From: Eledone cirrhosa
Taxonomy: Eukaryota
NCBI GenBank assembly: GCA_964016885.1
Contig: OZ024740.1
Coordinates: 72,912,001-72,976,000, forward strand
DNA: 64,000 nt
Direction: 5' to 3'
Below are positions 1-13,029 of the stretch, one piece after another. The stretch's first letter is position 1, and each line of letters opens with the position of its first letter. The notes beneath the pieces are model-generated. The model was not told the origin of the DNA. It ran no database searches and saw only the letters and a program-made list of their open reading frames with translations. The position numbers were made by a program, and so were the translations under genes.

Positions 1-261
1 TCATTTTCATGACAAAAAACACCGTTTTATCTTTAGTTATTAAGTAAATTTATGGTCAGACTAAGACTACTAAAGCCACACAAACTCTCTCTCACACACA
101 CACACTTACACACACACACATAATAATCTATAAACTACATTTACACATATATGGCAGGCGGTTCATGTCAAGTTTAGATGGAGATATTTTTTCCATGTCA
201 TTAAATTACAAACTCACACGCACAAATATTATATGTGTATGTATGTGTGTGTATGTATATA

Positions 262-1056
262 TTTTCATATGCACCACCATTTGCAACGCGCAGCCATCAT
301 TATTATCATATTTACACATAATTTTTCTTCTGCTGCCACCCGTCTGTTTCGTTCTTTGTACCTTTTACCCTTTCTCGTTCTTTGTACCTTTTACCCTTTC
401 TAGCAGTCTCTCTCTCTGTTAGCCTCCTCCTCAACTTTCACTCACTCATTCTCTGTCACTACCTCTCCTCCTCCTCTTTCCTCCTCCTCCTTCAAGTTTG
501 ACCTGCGTGTAATTCTTGGTCAAGCTGGTATGGAATTTTTTTCTCTCTCTCTCTTTCGTCTGCGACTTCACAAAACTTATGTTTACCGAATTCGTAGACC
601 AGACCCCTTCTTCTTCTTCTTCTTCTTCTTCTTCTTCTTCTTCTTCTTCTTCTTCTTCTTCTTCTTCTTCTTCTTCTTCTTCTTCTTCTTCTTCTTCTTC
701 TTCTTCTTCTTCTTCTTCTTCCCCCCGTTAGACCTGTGCGAAATTCCTTCCTTGCTCATATTTCAACCAGGTTTGATGGTCTTTTGTCTCTTGTTCACGA
801 TTTCACCGAGTTTATATTCATAGAGATCTGGGACTTGTCTATTTCTTCTCACTTTCCGTTGCTTAAACCATTTTGTTTGTTACCCTAACGTCCCCTTTAT
901 TTACGTGTCCCAACGACTTTTTTTAGCCGTTGTTCGCACCAACCTGAGGCATATGGCCCTTAAAGCGATGAAATGCCTGGGACCGTTGGAGGGTCACTGA
1001 TGAAGGACTTACTTTTTCATATGCACCACCATTTGCAACGCGCAGCCATCATTATT

Positions 1057-1063
<7 letters not shown>
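262..1063. mobile_element. ~800-bp insert bounded by 50-bp direct repeats, probably a PLE-related pseudo-LTR unit, with internal (TTC)n
   Basis: ttttcatatgcaccaccatttgcaacgcgcagccatcattattatcatat at 262-311 and again at 1014-1063; runs into (TA)n; CTGATGAaggactta at 997-1011. Confidence 0.5.
608..721. repeat. (TTC)n microsatellite
   Basis: Perfect trinucleotide run; source of the poly-S and poly-F ORFs. Confidence 0.97.
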
Positions 1064-1135
<72 letters not shown>

Positions 1136-1386
1136 TAAAATAACAGATTAAAGTTTAAGCAAAGAATCTCTGCTTTCACCCTTATATATATATATATACA
1201 GATAAATCCACCAATTAATGGTAGGGTCCAAGCCGTATGAAGAACTCAATGTAATCCGTATGTAGAAGATGTCGTGAAGCAAAGTTTAAAATACTAAATT
1301 TTCAACGATATAATTCATTGGATACAGAGTCAAAAATACAAATAGTGAAAACAATGAAATTAAACAAAATACGGGTAATTCATAGT

Positions 1387-1536
1387 AAAATTCATTATTT
1401 TACGATCGTTTCTGGGTGGTATGTTCTCCGTATGTTCATTCTATTAGTGATCTATGTAAAATATATTACAAATTATCAAAGTAAGAAAATATATATACGT
1501 CTTCCCTAACCGCCGTCTTCAGAAATAATGAGTTTT
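1387..1536 (-). ncRNA. Type I hammerhead ribozyme fold with minimal stem III and 103-nt stem II insert
   Basis: Minus strand reads aaaactcattattt-CTGAAGA-cggcggt..(103 nt in total)..accaccca-GAAA-C-GATC-G-TA-aaataatgaatttt; stem I pairs 13 of 14; predicted cut after GUA between 1401 and 1400. Confidence 0.7.
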
Positions 1537-2256
1537 GTTTATTGAAGAATATAAAAACATGTATGAATAAGTAACCTTTTAAGAACAAGGTTGAGATTGA
1601 CCAATAGTAAAAATAGGAAGGGGCAATATAGATCATTAAGCTGGTAGTAGTAGATGAATAAATTAGCAGTCAGAGGATGAGATATCGAATGACCTTTAAG
1701 AAAATAAAGTTGCGAGTGTAAAGGAATTTAGACAGATTGTATAGAAATTTCAGAAAAGTGTGGAGAGTCAAGGAAGATTAAAGTTGGAGGAAAAGGGGTG
1801 CAGATATCAGTGTGTTATATCCAGTAGAATAGTATAGAACAATCCTAAATATTTGTTATTTCTTTGTTCAAGAGGAATAATTTGTTCTAAAAATAGAACA
1901 AGTAGAGGAATATAGATAGAACCAAAGAAAAGTAAAAAGTAGATAAAAAATATATAGGTAAGAAAATAATAAAATTTGTGTAAGTATTGTATGGTGTTAG
2001 AGTGGTCAGAATGAAGTTTTACCTGTAGGGAATTGTATTTTCGAATAAGAAATTTTATTAATAATCTGGTTTTCTTAATAGGTTTAAATCCATGTCTGTT
2101 AAAGTTTTGTTAGAGTGTTGAATGTAATGTAATATATAGTGCTAGTTAATAGTTAATTATTTAAAACAGTTATAGGGATGAAATATAGAATTGAATCTGT
2201 GGAGTAATTCTAATAGCAAAAAAAAAAATATACATACACACACATATATATATATG

Positions 2257-2450
<194 letters not shown>

Positions 2451-2529
2451 TATTACCCACTCTACTACCCTAAGTATTGAGTACTTTGGTGCGTTATGGT
2501 CCACCCGGTTCCTTACCACATTTCCTTCG

Positions 2530-2574
<45 letters not shown>

Positions 2575-2659
2575 AAAGTTTTATTTAAAATTGTTGGGTT
2601 ACAACGAGTAAATATTTTATAACTGATATAAAAGCACTCAACAAGTTTTGGAGTAGATT

Positions 2660-2738
2660 TACGATATTAAACAAATGGAAACTATATTTATAATATAGTT
2701 ATATTTATAAATATAGTTTCCATTTGTTTAATATCGTA
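2660..2738. repeat. 34-bp perfect hairpin with 11-nt loop
   Basis: tacgatattaaacaaatggaaactatatttataa (2660-2693) is the reverse complement of 2705-2738. Confidence 0.9.
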
Positions 2739-2781
2739 TATATATATATATATTTTCTTTTATGTTTTTTTCTTTATTTGT

Positions 2782-3318
2782 TTAGTTGTATTTATAATAA
2801 TATTTGAATGTCTTTCTAATTCTATGGTTACATGCGATAATTAACTCCTGTCTTTTATTTAATAGAATGTCATTCGATTTAGTAATTTCAAAAAAATTTT
2901 GGGAACATAGTCCACACTCCTTTCTATTGCCCTGATAAGAAATGGCTCTTTTGAGAATCTTCCAATTTAGATTATAATTAATGTTTTTCTTTTTACAATT
3001 ATTAACTGCTTCCGCTAAAGAAGTAGTATTAGCTAATCTTGTGTTTCGAAAACTGTGGGTGTGTGCATAAAATCTCGATTTAAACGGATTAGATGTGGAT
3101 CCAATATAGGATTGATTAGAGTCCTTAGTGGTAATTATACATTTATACACTATATTATTAATTAAGCAATTTGCATTTAAGGGGCAATTACCTTTTACTC
3201 TACAATTACAACCGTTTGTACATAGGGTATCAGATGTGCTTGCTACATTCCCAATAACAGTGCTAGTATTTATATTTACATTTTTATATGAGAGAAGGGT
3301 TTGCGGTTGGGTGGTCAT
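2782..3318 (-). pseudogene. PLE GIY-YIG endonuclease domain (C-terminal fragment of a frameshifted ORF)
   Basis: CNCR..CPLNANC..NIVYKC..SYIGSTSNPFKSRFYAH..SF..WKIL..CGLC..LLNKRQEL..CNH. Confidence 0.85.
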
Positions 3319-3559
3319 GGCTCGAAGGGTTGTTAGTTGGTGAAATTATAAGGGATATAGTGTTTATAGAATCATGGTTGTTTTGGAAGTTATTGGTCAG
3401 ATTGTGTATGTAATTCTTAGTTCCTATTAAGGATGAGGAAGATGGTAGTTGGTTGTAGGCTGATGTATTGTGTTGGTGAGGTGAGTGAGTGGATGTAACT
3501 GGTGGATAGGTAATAATATTATGGTTATGCGTTGTAGTATTATTATAGTTAGTTTGTGT

Positions 3560-4617
3560 GTGGTTTGCTAGAGGTATACATGGAGCTTTTTTACATTTAT
3601 AGATGTTATATGCACTTATTTTTTGTTGTATATTGCTCGATGTGGAGTAACAAAATTTTACTGTATATCTGTTTAAGATTTTGTGGTATTTGTGGTTAGG
3701 TGGGAAATGTTTATCGACAATTGCAACGATTTTTTTAGGGATTTGGCCCATAGTTTGCAAGTTAAATGGAGCATTATACCATGTTACGTTTCTTTTATGG
3801 TTTCTAATTAGTTTCCTATTGTTATATTGGGTATGTATAGAAGTTTGAGGGTAGATATTGTTATCAGATGATACTATAATATTGTGATTGATATTAATGG
3901 TGTGAACAAATTGTTTAGTAGAATTTGAATTGTATTAGTTTTTGATTTATTGTTTTTTGCTTGATTTATAGATGATATTGGGAGTTTTATTAATGGAGCC
4001 TTATTGATTGGACCTTGTATTTTGGTATTATTCTTGTTATTTATAGTAGTTCGGATATGTTTCTCTGGTTTATTGGATTGTAAAGATGTGGTTTGGTTAG
4101 GTTGAAGGTTAAAGGAAATAGGTAATATATCATTAGGTTTATTGTGAGAATTAAGATATAAGATGTTTATTATTAACTGCTTTTTTAAGATTAATGGAGT
4201 TAGGTGTTTTCGTATGGTTTGTAGTAATATTATTAGGTAGGTTATAGAAGTATTCAGAAGCGTTAGGATTGATGATTTTTAGAGAGTTTGTGTCATTCAT
4301 GTTATGCGGGTATTAGGAGTAATGGTTGGATCTAGGTTTTTCGGTGCTTCATTGCTGGCATTAAATTTTAGGTGTTTCTTTTGGTGTTTGTTGTTTATGT
4401 TTGGTTGTATGTTGGAGGTATTTATGGTGTTAAGTATGTAAAATATTTTATCCTTGTAGCCACTTCTAGCTAAAGCCTCATTATAATAAGGTGCGTTTTT
4501 ATAGAATATTTCTTCATTAGATGATAATTTAGATAATCTGAGTGAGATATTGTACACTATATTTTTTAGTATGGAACCAGGGTGGTTAGATTGTAAGTGT
4601 ATATAATGCAGGTTTAT
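3560..4617 (-). pseudogene. PLE RT thumb and linker with Asn/Thr-rich low-complexity inserts, disrupted
   Basis: ORFs 4297-4557 and 3284-3760 carry PLE thumb/linker motifs; intervening sequence is N/T-rich with stops and frameshifts. Confidence 0.75.
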
Positions 4618-4707
4618 GGAGAACTACCCCCCAGAAACGATCGTAAAATAATGAATGTTACTATGAATTACTCGTATTTCGTTTAATTTCATTGTTTTCA
4701 CTATTTG

Positions 4708-4710
<3 letters not shown>
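4618..4710 (+). repeat. Inverted partial copy of the PLE 3' region (pseudo-LTR)
   Basis: Reverse complement of about 1337-1430 with few changes; contains GAAACGATCGTAaaataatg at 4634-4653. Confidence 0.85.
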
Positions 4711-4744
<34 letters not shown>

Positions 4745-5085
4745 TAGTAATAGAAAGGTTACAAAAATTAATATAGTCATTAGACAACAGTCCAACCTTA
4801 ATCAGTAGGATAATAGTCAAGTAGTCATAGATTGGTTTAACGTCCCCAAACATACTAAAGTATAATTGTATTTTACCCCTCGATATCCAGGACCTTACTT
4901 GAGCAGGCCCTGGATTTCACGAGCAATTTCACCGATATAGACGATTTAGGCCAATTAATAATATCCCACTGCAAGAAAAAGCTCGTCTTTAATAATGAGG
5001 ATGCCTGGATAAAGAAATCTACTAATACTGATGGGATTATGCTAATATATGCGATTTGGTGGGCCTTTTTATCTTAAATACACTA
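4745..5085 (+). pseudogene. PLE reverse transcriptase core fragment
   Basis: Manual translation: IRQQSNLNQ*DNSQVVIDWF..FYPSISRTLLEQALDF..IISHCKKKLVFNNEDAWIKK..ICDLVGLFILNTL. Confidence 0.75.
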
Positions 5086-5206
5086 CGTAAGAAATTCCGT
5101 GACATCCATACGGGTCCAACGACTGAGCTCATGTCGTTTCAACGGCGAGTATACACCTCCCCCACACACACATATATAGATATATATATATAAATATATA
5201 TATATA

Positions 5207-6078
5207 CAGTGGCGGACTGGCCAGGTTGCCCAATGGCAAGTGGGCCCCAGGGGGCCAACGGCAGCATTACAAGAGCCCACAGTAGCATTGCAGGGCCCAC
5301 TGTAGTATTGTAGGAGCCAATGCTTTGCTATAAAAAAATACCTCAAATCTAAGAGAAAGAAGAAATAAAAAAAAATAAATAAATAAAACAATTAATCAAA
5401 GCATTTGTTCAACCAAGGAGGGGGAGAAATGAGGTGGAACAGAAATGAAACATGGATTGCAGGTTAAAATATAGTCTAGATTGATATGAAACAAAACGAG
5501 GATGTAGTTTATGGAACACCCAAATGATTCAGAAGTCGACCTTAAGTAGAAGCAATGACATTAAGAAATACATGAACGACACCACATCATTTTGTTTTGA
5601 ACATTTCGAAAGTAGGTTTATTAGTATGAATTTTCATAAGTTTTTCGTCCTTGTCTCTGTGGCCTAACGGTAGGTAGTAGAGACGGTGTTGATCCGGCTC
5701 TTGAGTTCAATTCTAATCAAGAGGTATATGTAACCTTTTTCAGTTTTTATTTTACAACCAATAAAAAAAAAACTGAAAATTTTAACGGGAACCCTACTCA
5801 TGACCAGGATCAAACTTCAGAGCAGGATGACCACCATCAATGATTCCTCCACCTAGGCCACCGTGAAGGCTACAAAAGCGTAATGAAAATTGATAATTAT
5901 AAACCTACTTTCAAAATCAAAGTTAAAATGATTTGGTGTCGTTCATGGCTTTCCTATTAGTAATATTTAGGGTCGACTTGTCAATCTTCTGGTCCTTTGG
6001 TAACAACCCTATTATTCCTATGTGTGTTTAACTGTTGAATTAATTTAATTTGATTATTTTAGCAAACAAACAATATAC

Positions 6079-6122
<44 letters not shown>

Positions 6123-7087
6123 TGAGGATGAAGAACTCAGAGCTGTACAGGAGCCTCCCAAAAGTCAGCTTGAAAATGACACAGAGGAGATTGGGGTTAG
6201 CTGGACATGCTCACCGACATTCAGAGTTGACACTGCACTCAGTGCTCCTGTGGGAGCCCATGCAAGGACACACTGGAAGAGGAACACCGAGGTTAACATC
6301 TGTTGATGTCCTAAGGACAGACACTGGTCTGTTGTTGACGCAAGATATGGCAGCGATAATGATGGATATAGACCGCTGGAGAGAACTCGTCCATGGATCT
6401 CGGGAATTTTACCCGCCCTATATATATATATAATGCCAATCATTGTAAGTTTGAATCTGACATGCAAAAACATATGTATATATATATATGAATAAAGTGA
6501 GCCCAAATCACAGTAGATTCAAATATCACAGAGAGAAAGAGAGAGAGAGTGAGGGAATGAGGTGCAACAGAAACGAAACATGGATTGCAGGTTTTAAATA
6601 TAGTCTAGATAGATGTGAAACAAAACGAGGATGTAGTTTATGGAACACCCAAATTATTTAGAAGTCGACCTTAAGTAGGAGCAATAGCATTAAAAAAAAG
6701 ACATTGACGACACCACAACACTTTGTTTTGAAAATTTTGAAAGTAAGTTCATAAGTTTGAATTTTCATAAGATTTTCGTAGTTGTCTCCGTGGTCTAGCG
6801 GTAGGTACTAGAGACGATAGAGATCCTGGCCTTGAGCAATTAGTAATATTTAGCGATGACTTGTGGTTATTATTGAAAGTCTCTGGATTTCGCAAAATAC
6901 ATTATATTTTTTATTGGAGACGGTAAGATATTTTCCGCAAAAATATTATTGCACTGTTTTGTTTCCACTTATGTATTTTTCGAAAATGTTATTTATTTAT
7001 TATAAAAATTAAATGATATCATTCTATATATAGGTAGGTCCCCTTCATCTCCTGGCAAACATTATTTTTAGACCCAGCCCGACACTG
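5207..7087. mobile_element. Non-autonomous hAT-like DNA transposon with nested inserts
   Basis: Imperfect TIRs cagtggcggactgg / ccagcccgacactg; 8-bp flanks tatatata and tgtatata; internal duplication 5427-5705 vs 6555-6835. Confidence 0.6.
6120..6419 (+). mobile_element. 3' fragment of an RTE/RTEX-type LINE inserted in (TA)n
   Basis: NSELYRSLPKVS..RRLGLAGHAHRH..VLLWEP..GRGTPRLT.VDVLRTDTG..MMDIDRWRELV resembles the post-RT C-terminus of RTE-group elements. Confidence 0.75.
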
Positions 7088-7560
7088 TGTATATATAATA
7101 ATAATAAAATGTGGAGCTACCATTTGCCTCCATCATGGATCAACTAAACACTCTTGCCGTAATAGCACATTTTGATCTGCTTATCTTCAAGAACTATGCC
7201 TGTAAATAATATTATTTTTTCATTCCACATTACCCCTACTTTTTTTTCTTTTTTCTTTTCACTTCTAAAACCTTGTTTGTAAATAACATTATTCTTTCTT
7301 CACCATTTCCTTAACATGTTCAACATCACCAACATTTTACACCAATACAAATTCCCCCCTTTGATAATGTATAAAATGCTGAAACAGGTAATAGACAATT
7401 ATTAAATATATAAATAAATAAATGCGATTGTTAATTAATAAATAACTTAACACTTAATAAATAACCTTAACACTTCACAAAAAGTAAAATATTTTGTTTT
7501 AAACATTTTCTAACCCAGAAAAAAATATATTTCGTCTAATAATTGTCTTTTTATCCCTAT

Positions 7561-7637
<77 letters not shown>

Positions 7638-7882
7638 ACTATAAAGTATGTCCATAGAATCACTTGATAATATATATACACCATTTCCTCTCCCAATTAG
7701 CATAATTAACCACACAAAGAATCAATTAGACCAGGCTATAAGATTAAAAGGCACCCATGAAGAAATATTAGATAAATAAACGACGGCAATCTCTTCGCGA
7801 CCAACCGCTATAGAATATTTACCCAACATTTCAATAGCACGTGGAAATCGATTAAATATACCGTCATACATCTATCTATCTA

Positions 7883-7929
<47 letters not shown>

Positions 7930-7932
7930 ATA

Positions 7933-8012
<80 letters not shown>

Positions 8013-8784
8013 TATGTACACGTACATACATATATGTATACAGACGTACAGTAGTATGTATATATATGCACACATATATATATGTACGTATGAATTCACC
8101 GAACATTTATTATAATGCTTGGTGTGTTTGTAAACAAACATCCCGTATTAAGCCGTAGTGTCCAGCAACCATCGTTGCTCGTTTGTTCAACACTGATAAA
8201 GGAACGCTGTACTAGTTTCAAGCTTATTAGCTATCGTCAGCAACGTATAGCTTCCTGCCAGATTGCTGAACGTATATACTTACCTTATGCATATTAGCGG
8301 CTGAGTAGCCCAATTTGCATATCGAGTGGGTTAATCGGCCGGGTGCACCAAAAACGATAAACGGAAAAAACAACCTGAGCCCCCACCCCATTTGTTTGAA
8401 GAACTTTGTAAAGCGAACTGGCGCGAAATTTATTATACTTATTCACCAACCAAATTACTTCTCTAAAAACTTGGCATTTCGAGCCACTTTTTTCCATATA
8501 AAACAGAAGTAACGTTCAAAGACCAACCAGATGTGAGAAAAACAGACGCCAATTCTACTTTTGAAACGCAGAAGAACTGCGAAACCAGTAAAGGACCCAA
8601 ATAAATATATATTTAAAAAAAAAAAGACTCCAGTTGCATTTTCGATTTCATCTTCTTTTCTTTTATATATATATATATATATATAAGTAGAAGGGATATT
8701 TGTTGGAAAGTCAACAAATATAAATGTTTATAACTGATTCAGAGCACTCGACAGTTTCTGCAGTAAATATTCAATGATATTCAA

Positions 8785-8885
<101 letters not shown>

Positions 8886-8917
8886 TAGATAGATAGATAG
8901 ATATAGATAGATAGATG

Positions 8918-8960
<43 letters not shown>

Positions 8961-9642
8961 GCCATATTTTATTTTATTTTGTCTTCACTAGAGAAGTTGT
9001 ATTCAGTCATCATCCTCAACTTACTTCAGCGAACGAAGTCACGGAATGAAGATACCTTGCCTAGACACACACACACACAGACACACACGCGCACGTGCAC
9101 ACACACACATACATACATATATATAAATATATATGTATGTATATGTAAATGTTTATAAATATATATGTATATATACATATATACACTCACACACACACAC
9201 ACACACACATATATGATTAGAAGGGATAGAGGAGTTGGGGGTGATAGAAAGATATGCGCGTAATTATCAAATTTTCTCGTAGATTGTAGATGATTGCAAA
9301 AATTGCTTCATCATTTTGAATTCATATCAAAATTATTCAGAAATTTCCAGTCGAATGTAAATGTTAGTTCACGAGTGGAAAATATTATAGAACAGGCGAA
9401 CGAAGTGTATAGTTATTATTACAGTTATTATTTCACGATTGTAATGTGTGTGTATGATGGACGATTCTCTGAGCCGACGACATTTTATTTTATTTATTTA
9501 TTTATTTATTATTATTTTTTTATTTTTGGAATTTCTTTCCAATTTTTCTTTGTAATGAAACACATTCATGCGTAGATGCGCGTATATATGTGTATGAGCA
9601 CAAGGGTTTGTGTGTATGTATGTATGTATGTGAGTGTGTGTA

Positions 9643-9686
<44 letters not shown>

Positions 9687-10026
9687 AAGGCTTGCTTGCG
9701 TGTATGTGAATGAGGGTTTGTGCGTGTGAATAAATGTGTGTATGTGTGTGTGTGTGTGTGTACGTGTGTGTGTACGTGTGCGCGTCTGCATGAAGGTTTG
9801 TATGTGCGTGTATGAATGAAGATTTGCTTGTGTGTACGTGAATGAGGCTTTGTGCATGGGAATAAGAGTGTGTATGTGTGTGGGTGCATGAGAGTTTGTA
9901 TGTGAGTGTGGGTGAGTGAAGGTCTGTATGCGTGTATGGGAATGAAGCTTTGTACGGGTGAATAAGAGTGTGTATGTGTGTGTGAGTCCATCTATGTTTG
10001 TGTGTATGCGTGTGTGTCTATGTGTG

Positions 10027-10075
<49 letters not shown>

Positions 10076-10334
10076 ACGTGCGTGTGTGGGTGTGTGTGCA
10101 TGTGTGTGTGTGTGTGTGTGTATTGTATGATTCGGAAATATAATTTTACTCAAATGTATTGATGCTCACATGCATAAATATACATAAAAAACATACACAT
10201 AGGCAATATATATAAAACACGTGCATGTGTATATATACACACTCACGAACATGCAAACACCCCGTGCACATACACACGCATATACATGGATGTATTTGTA
10301 CATATGTATATATATATATATGTATGTGTATATA

Positions 10335-10398
<64 letters not shown>

Positions 10399-10518
10399 CC
10401 TTTATGTCTATCGGTATATATATAAATGGAATAGAATGAAACGAAATTTCATTTCTCACTCTTAGTACGGCACTTACTTAAATGTAAGTATGTATGTATA
10501 CGTACATACATACATACA

Positions 10519-10562
<44 letters not shown>

Positions 10563-10618
10563 CATATATATATATATGTATGCGTGTATTTATATATGTA
10601 TATATGTATGCATGCATA

Positions 10619-10649
<31 letters not shown>

Positions 10650-10667
10650 ATATGTATATATGTATGC

Positions 10668-10720
<53 letters not shown>

Positions 10721-10766
10721 CGTGTATGTATATACAAATATATATATTTAGATACACACACATTCA

Positions 10767-10830
<64 letters not shown>

Positions 10831-11108
10831 CATGCATACATATATACACGCTTATTTTTATCGGTGTGTAAATATATGAATATAAATGTACAACGGTGTT
10901 CATTGATGTAGAGAAACGTTGTGGCATGAGATCCCTTTTTTCTCCCCTTTGCTCGGGCTTAAATCTAAAATTCCTTAACAGTAAAACTAATTACGCTTTC
11001 ATATGCAGAATTTATTGATTATTTTGTTGCTCAGTATCTTCCATAATTATCTTATGATGTGCTTACGTATATATATATGCTTTATATATATTTAATATAT
11101 ATAAATAC

Positions 11109-11212
<104 letters not shown>

Positions 11213-11463
11213 CATATATATATATTTGTATGTACATATATATATATATTTATGTATATAGATATATAATAAATATTTAAGTTAACGGTTAAACGACACA
11301 GGAAAACGATACAGTACAGTGGAGATATATAGTAGGGAAAGAGTCTTAATATTTCGGGCGTTAGTCTTTCATCAGAAAATAGAATGAGAAATAGAAAGAT
11401 AAACGCGAGTGAGAAGAAGAAAGAGAAAAATATTTTTCCATAGAAAGCACGTGTGTTTAGTTA

Positions 11464-11554
<91 letters not shown>

Positions 11555-11705
11555 ATACTTTGGGAGGGTCATGTTGCCAATATATATAAAGAGAGATGTA
11601 TATATGTGTATATGTGCATGTATGTGTGTGAGTGTGAGGTGTATATATATGTCCACATACAATTGTTTACATTTATTTACTCTACACGTATCTCTGATAT
11701 ATCTC

Positions 11706-11744
<39 letters not shown>

Positions 11745-11989
11745 TATATAGATATAGATATAGATATATAGATAGATAGACATATATATATATATATATA
11801 TACAGATACAATTGGAACAATCTTCGATGAAACCGACAGAGATCCGTCCAGTTCATCCTGTACATAGTTGAGTTGAATATCATTTTCTTTTTCTTTCTGT
11901 GAAGACGACGAATTAGTAGACTCGTTACGACCCTCGATTTAATTATACCTTACTGTTTATCGCAGCCTTATCAATGTAATCACTATGAT

Positions 11990-12190
11990 GACAAAATATG
12001 TGAAAAGGCTGGATTGTATTCCTAATTACAGGTACAATCTATTCTTTAGATTTCCATACTGTTTCCGACTACCCAATTTCACTCACAAGTCTGAGTAATG
12101 ATATTTACCAAGATGTCACGCAGTGGGATCAAACCCAGAATATTTTGGGTGCGAAACGAATTTTCTAATCAGTCAGACATGCCTGAGTCC
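11990..12190 (-). mobile_element. Diverged tRNA-derived SINE, family B
   Basis: Similar to 49795-50142 and 50495-50880 (ctgtttccgactacccaatttcactcacaag; gggatcaaaccc B-box complement). Confidence 0.55.
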
Positions 12191-12428
12191 AATATCAATA
12201 TTGTTCGTTTGAAAAGCAAACATGACTCCCAATCATATTTGTGAATGTATTAATATATAAATGGCTAACTGCTAGATATTGTAATAGTCGGATCATATTG
12301 ACAAGCTGCCAGATATTGTAACACCTTGTAGAATGTCTGGTAGTTTAGTGGATCATATAAACTAGCTGCCAGATATTGTAACACCTGGATCAAGTAACAA
12401 TCTGCCAGATACTGTAATACACAGCAGA

Positions 12429-12780
12429 ATGCAAAACATGAAAATTCCCCATTGGGTTATTTCTCTATTTGGTATTCAAATGGAAAACAAAACTTTAGGG
12501 ACCTTTCTTCAAGAAAAGTTTATTGAAACGACTTTTTACATTGAAGCTCAGTCTATGTTTACATTTAAAGGAGTTAGGTATTACTGGATGAATGAAAACA
12601 TTGTAGAAAGATATCTAAGATTTGTTCAACTGTTGAGTCCAATTTATTAACATTTGATGGAATTTGGGATTAAACATGAGCATTATTTACAAAGCAAATA
12701 TAGAAGCACTTCCAACACAGAACATGTTGATGTGTAGCTGAAATCTAACCTTAAATCTAATGTTCACCATCACCATCCCA
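12429..12780 (+). pseudogene. Degenerate hAT (Buster/ZBED8-like) transposase C-terminal fragment
   Basis: IPHWVISLF..LQEKFIE..EAQSMF..G..YW followed by a decayed dimerisation-domain-like tail; motif recall only. Confidence 0.5.
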
Positions 12781-13029
12781 TTTAAATAAATAAATCAAAC
12801 ATTTAAGGTATGTTTGCATTTATAGTTTACTTGTTCTTCTCTTATGTAAGTTGTATTAAACAATGGCGAATTAATTGTTTTATAATTTGATATTAATTTG
12901 TTCTGAGGTGAGGCGATAGAAATTAAATTTTGTTACCATCAATTAAAATGTAAGAGAAGACCTGGTAGAGATGAACAATGCTTAATTTAGAACAACAAAT
13001 GGCAGTTTTAATAGAAAGTAAATTTAAGG

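Noticed and set aside
5655-5715. tRNA gene
   Set aside because: A- and B-box-like motifs only; no cloverleaf can be built. The same applies to the SINE heads
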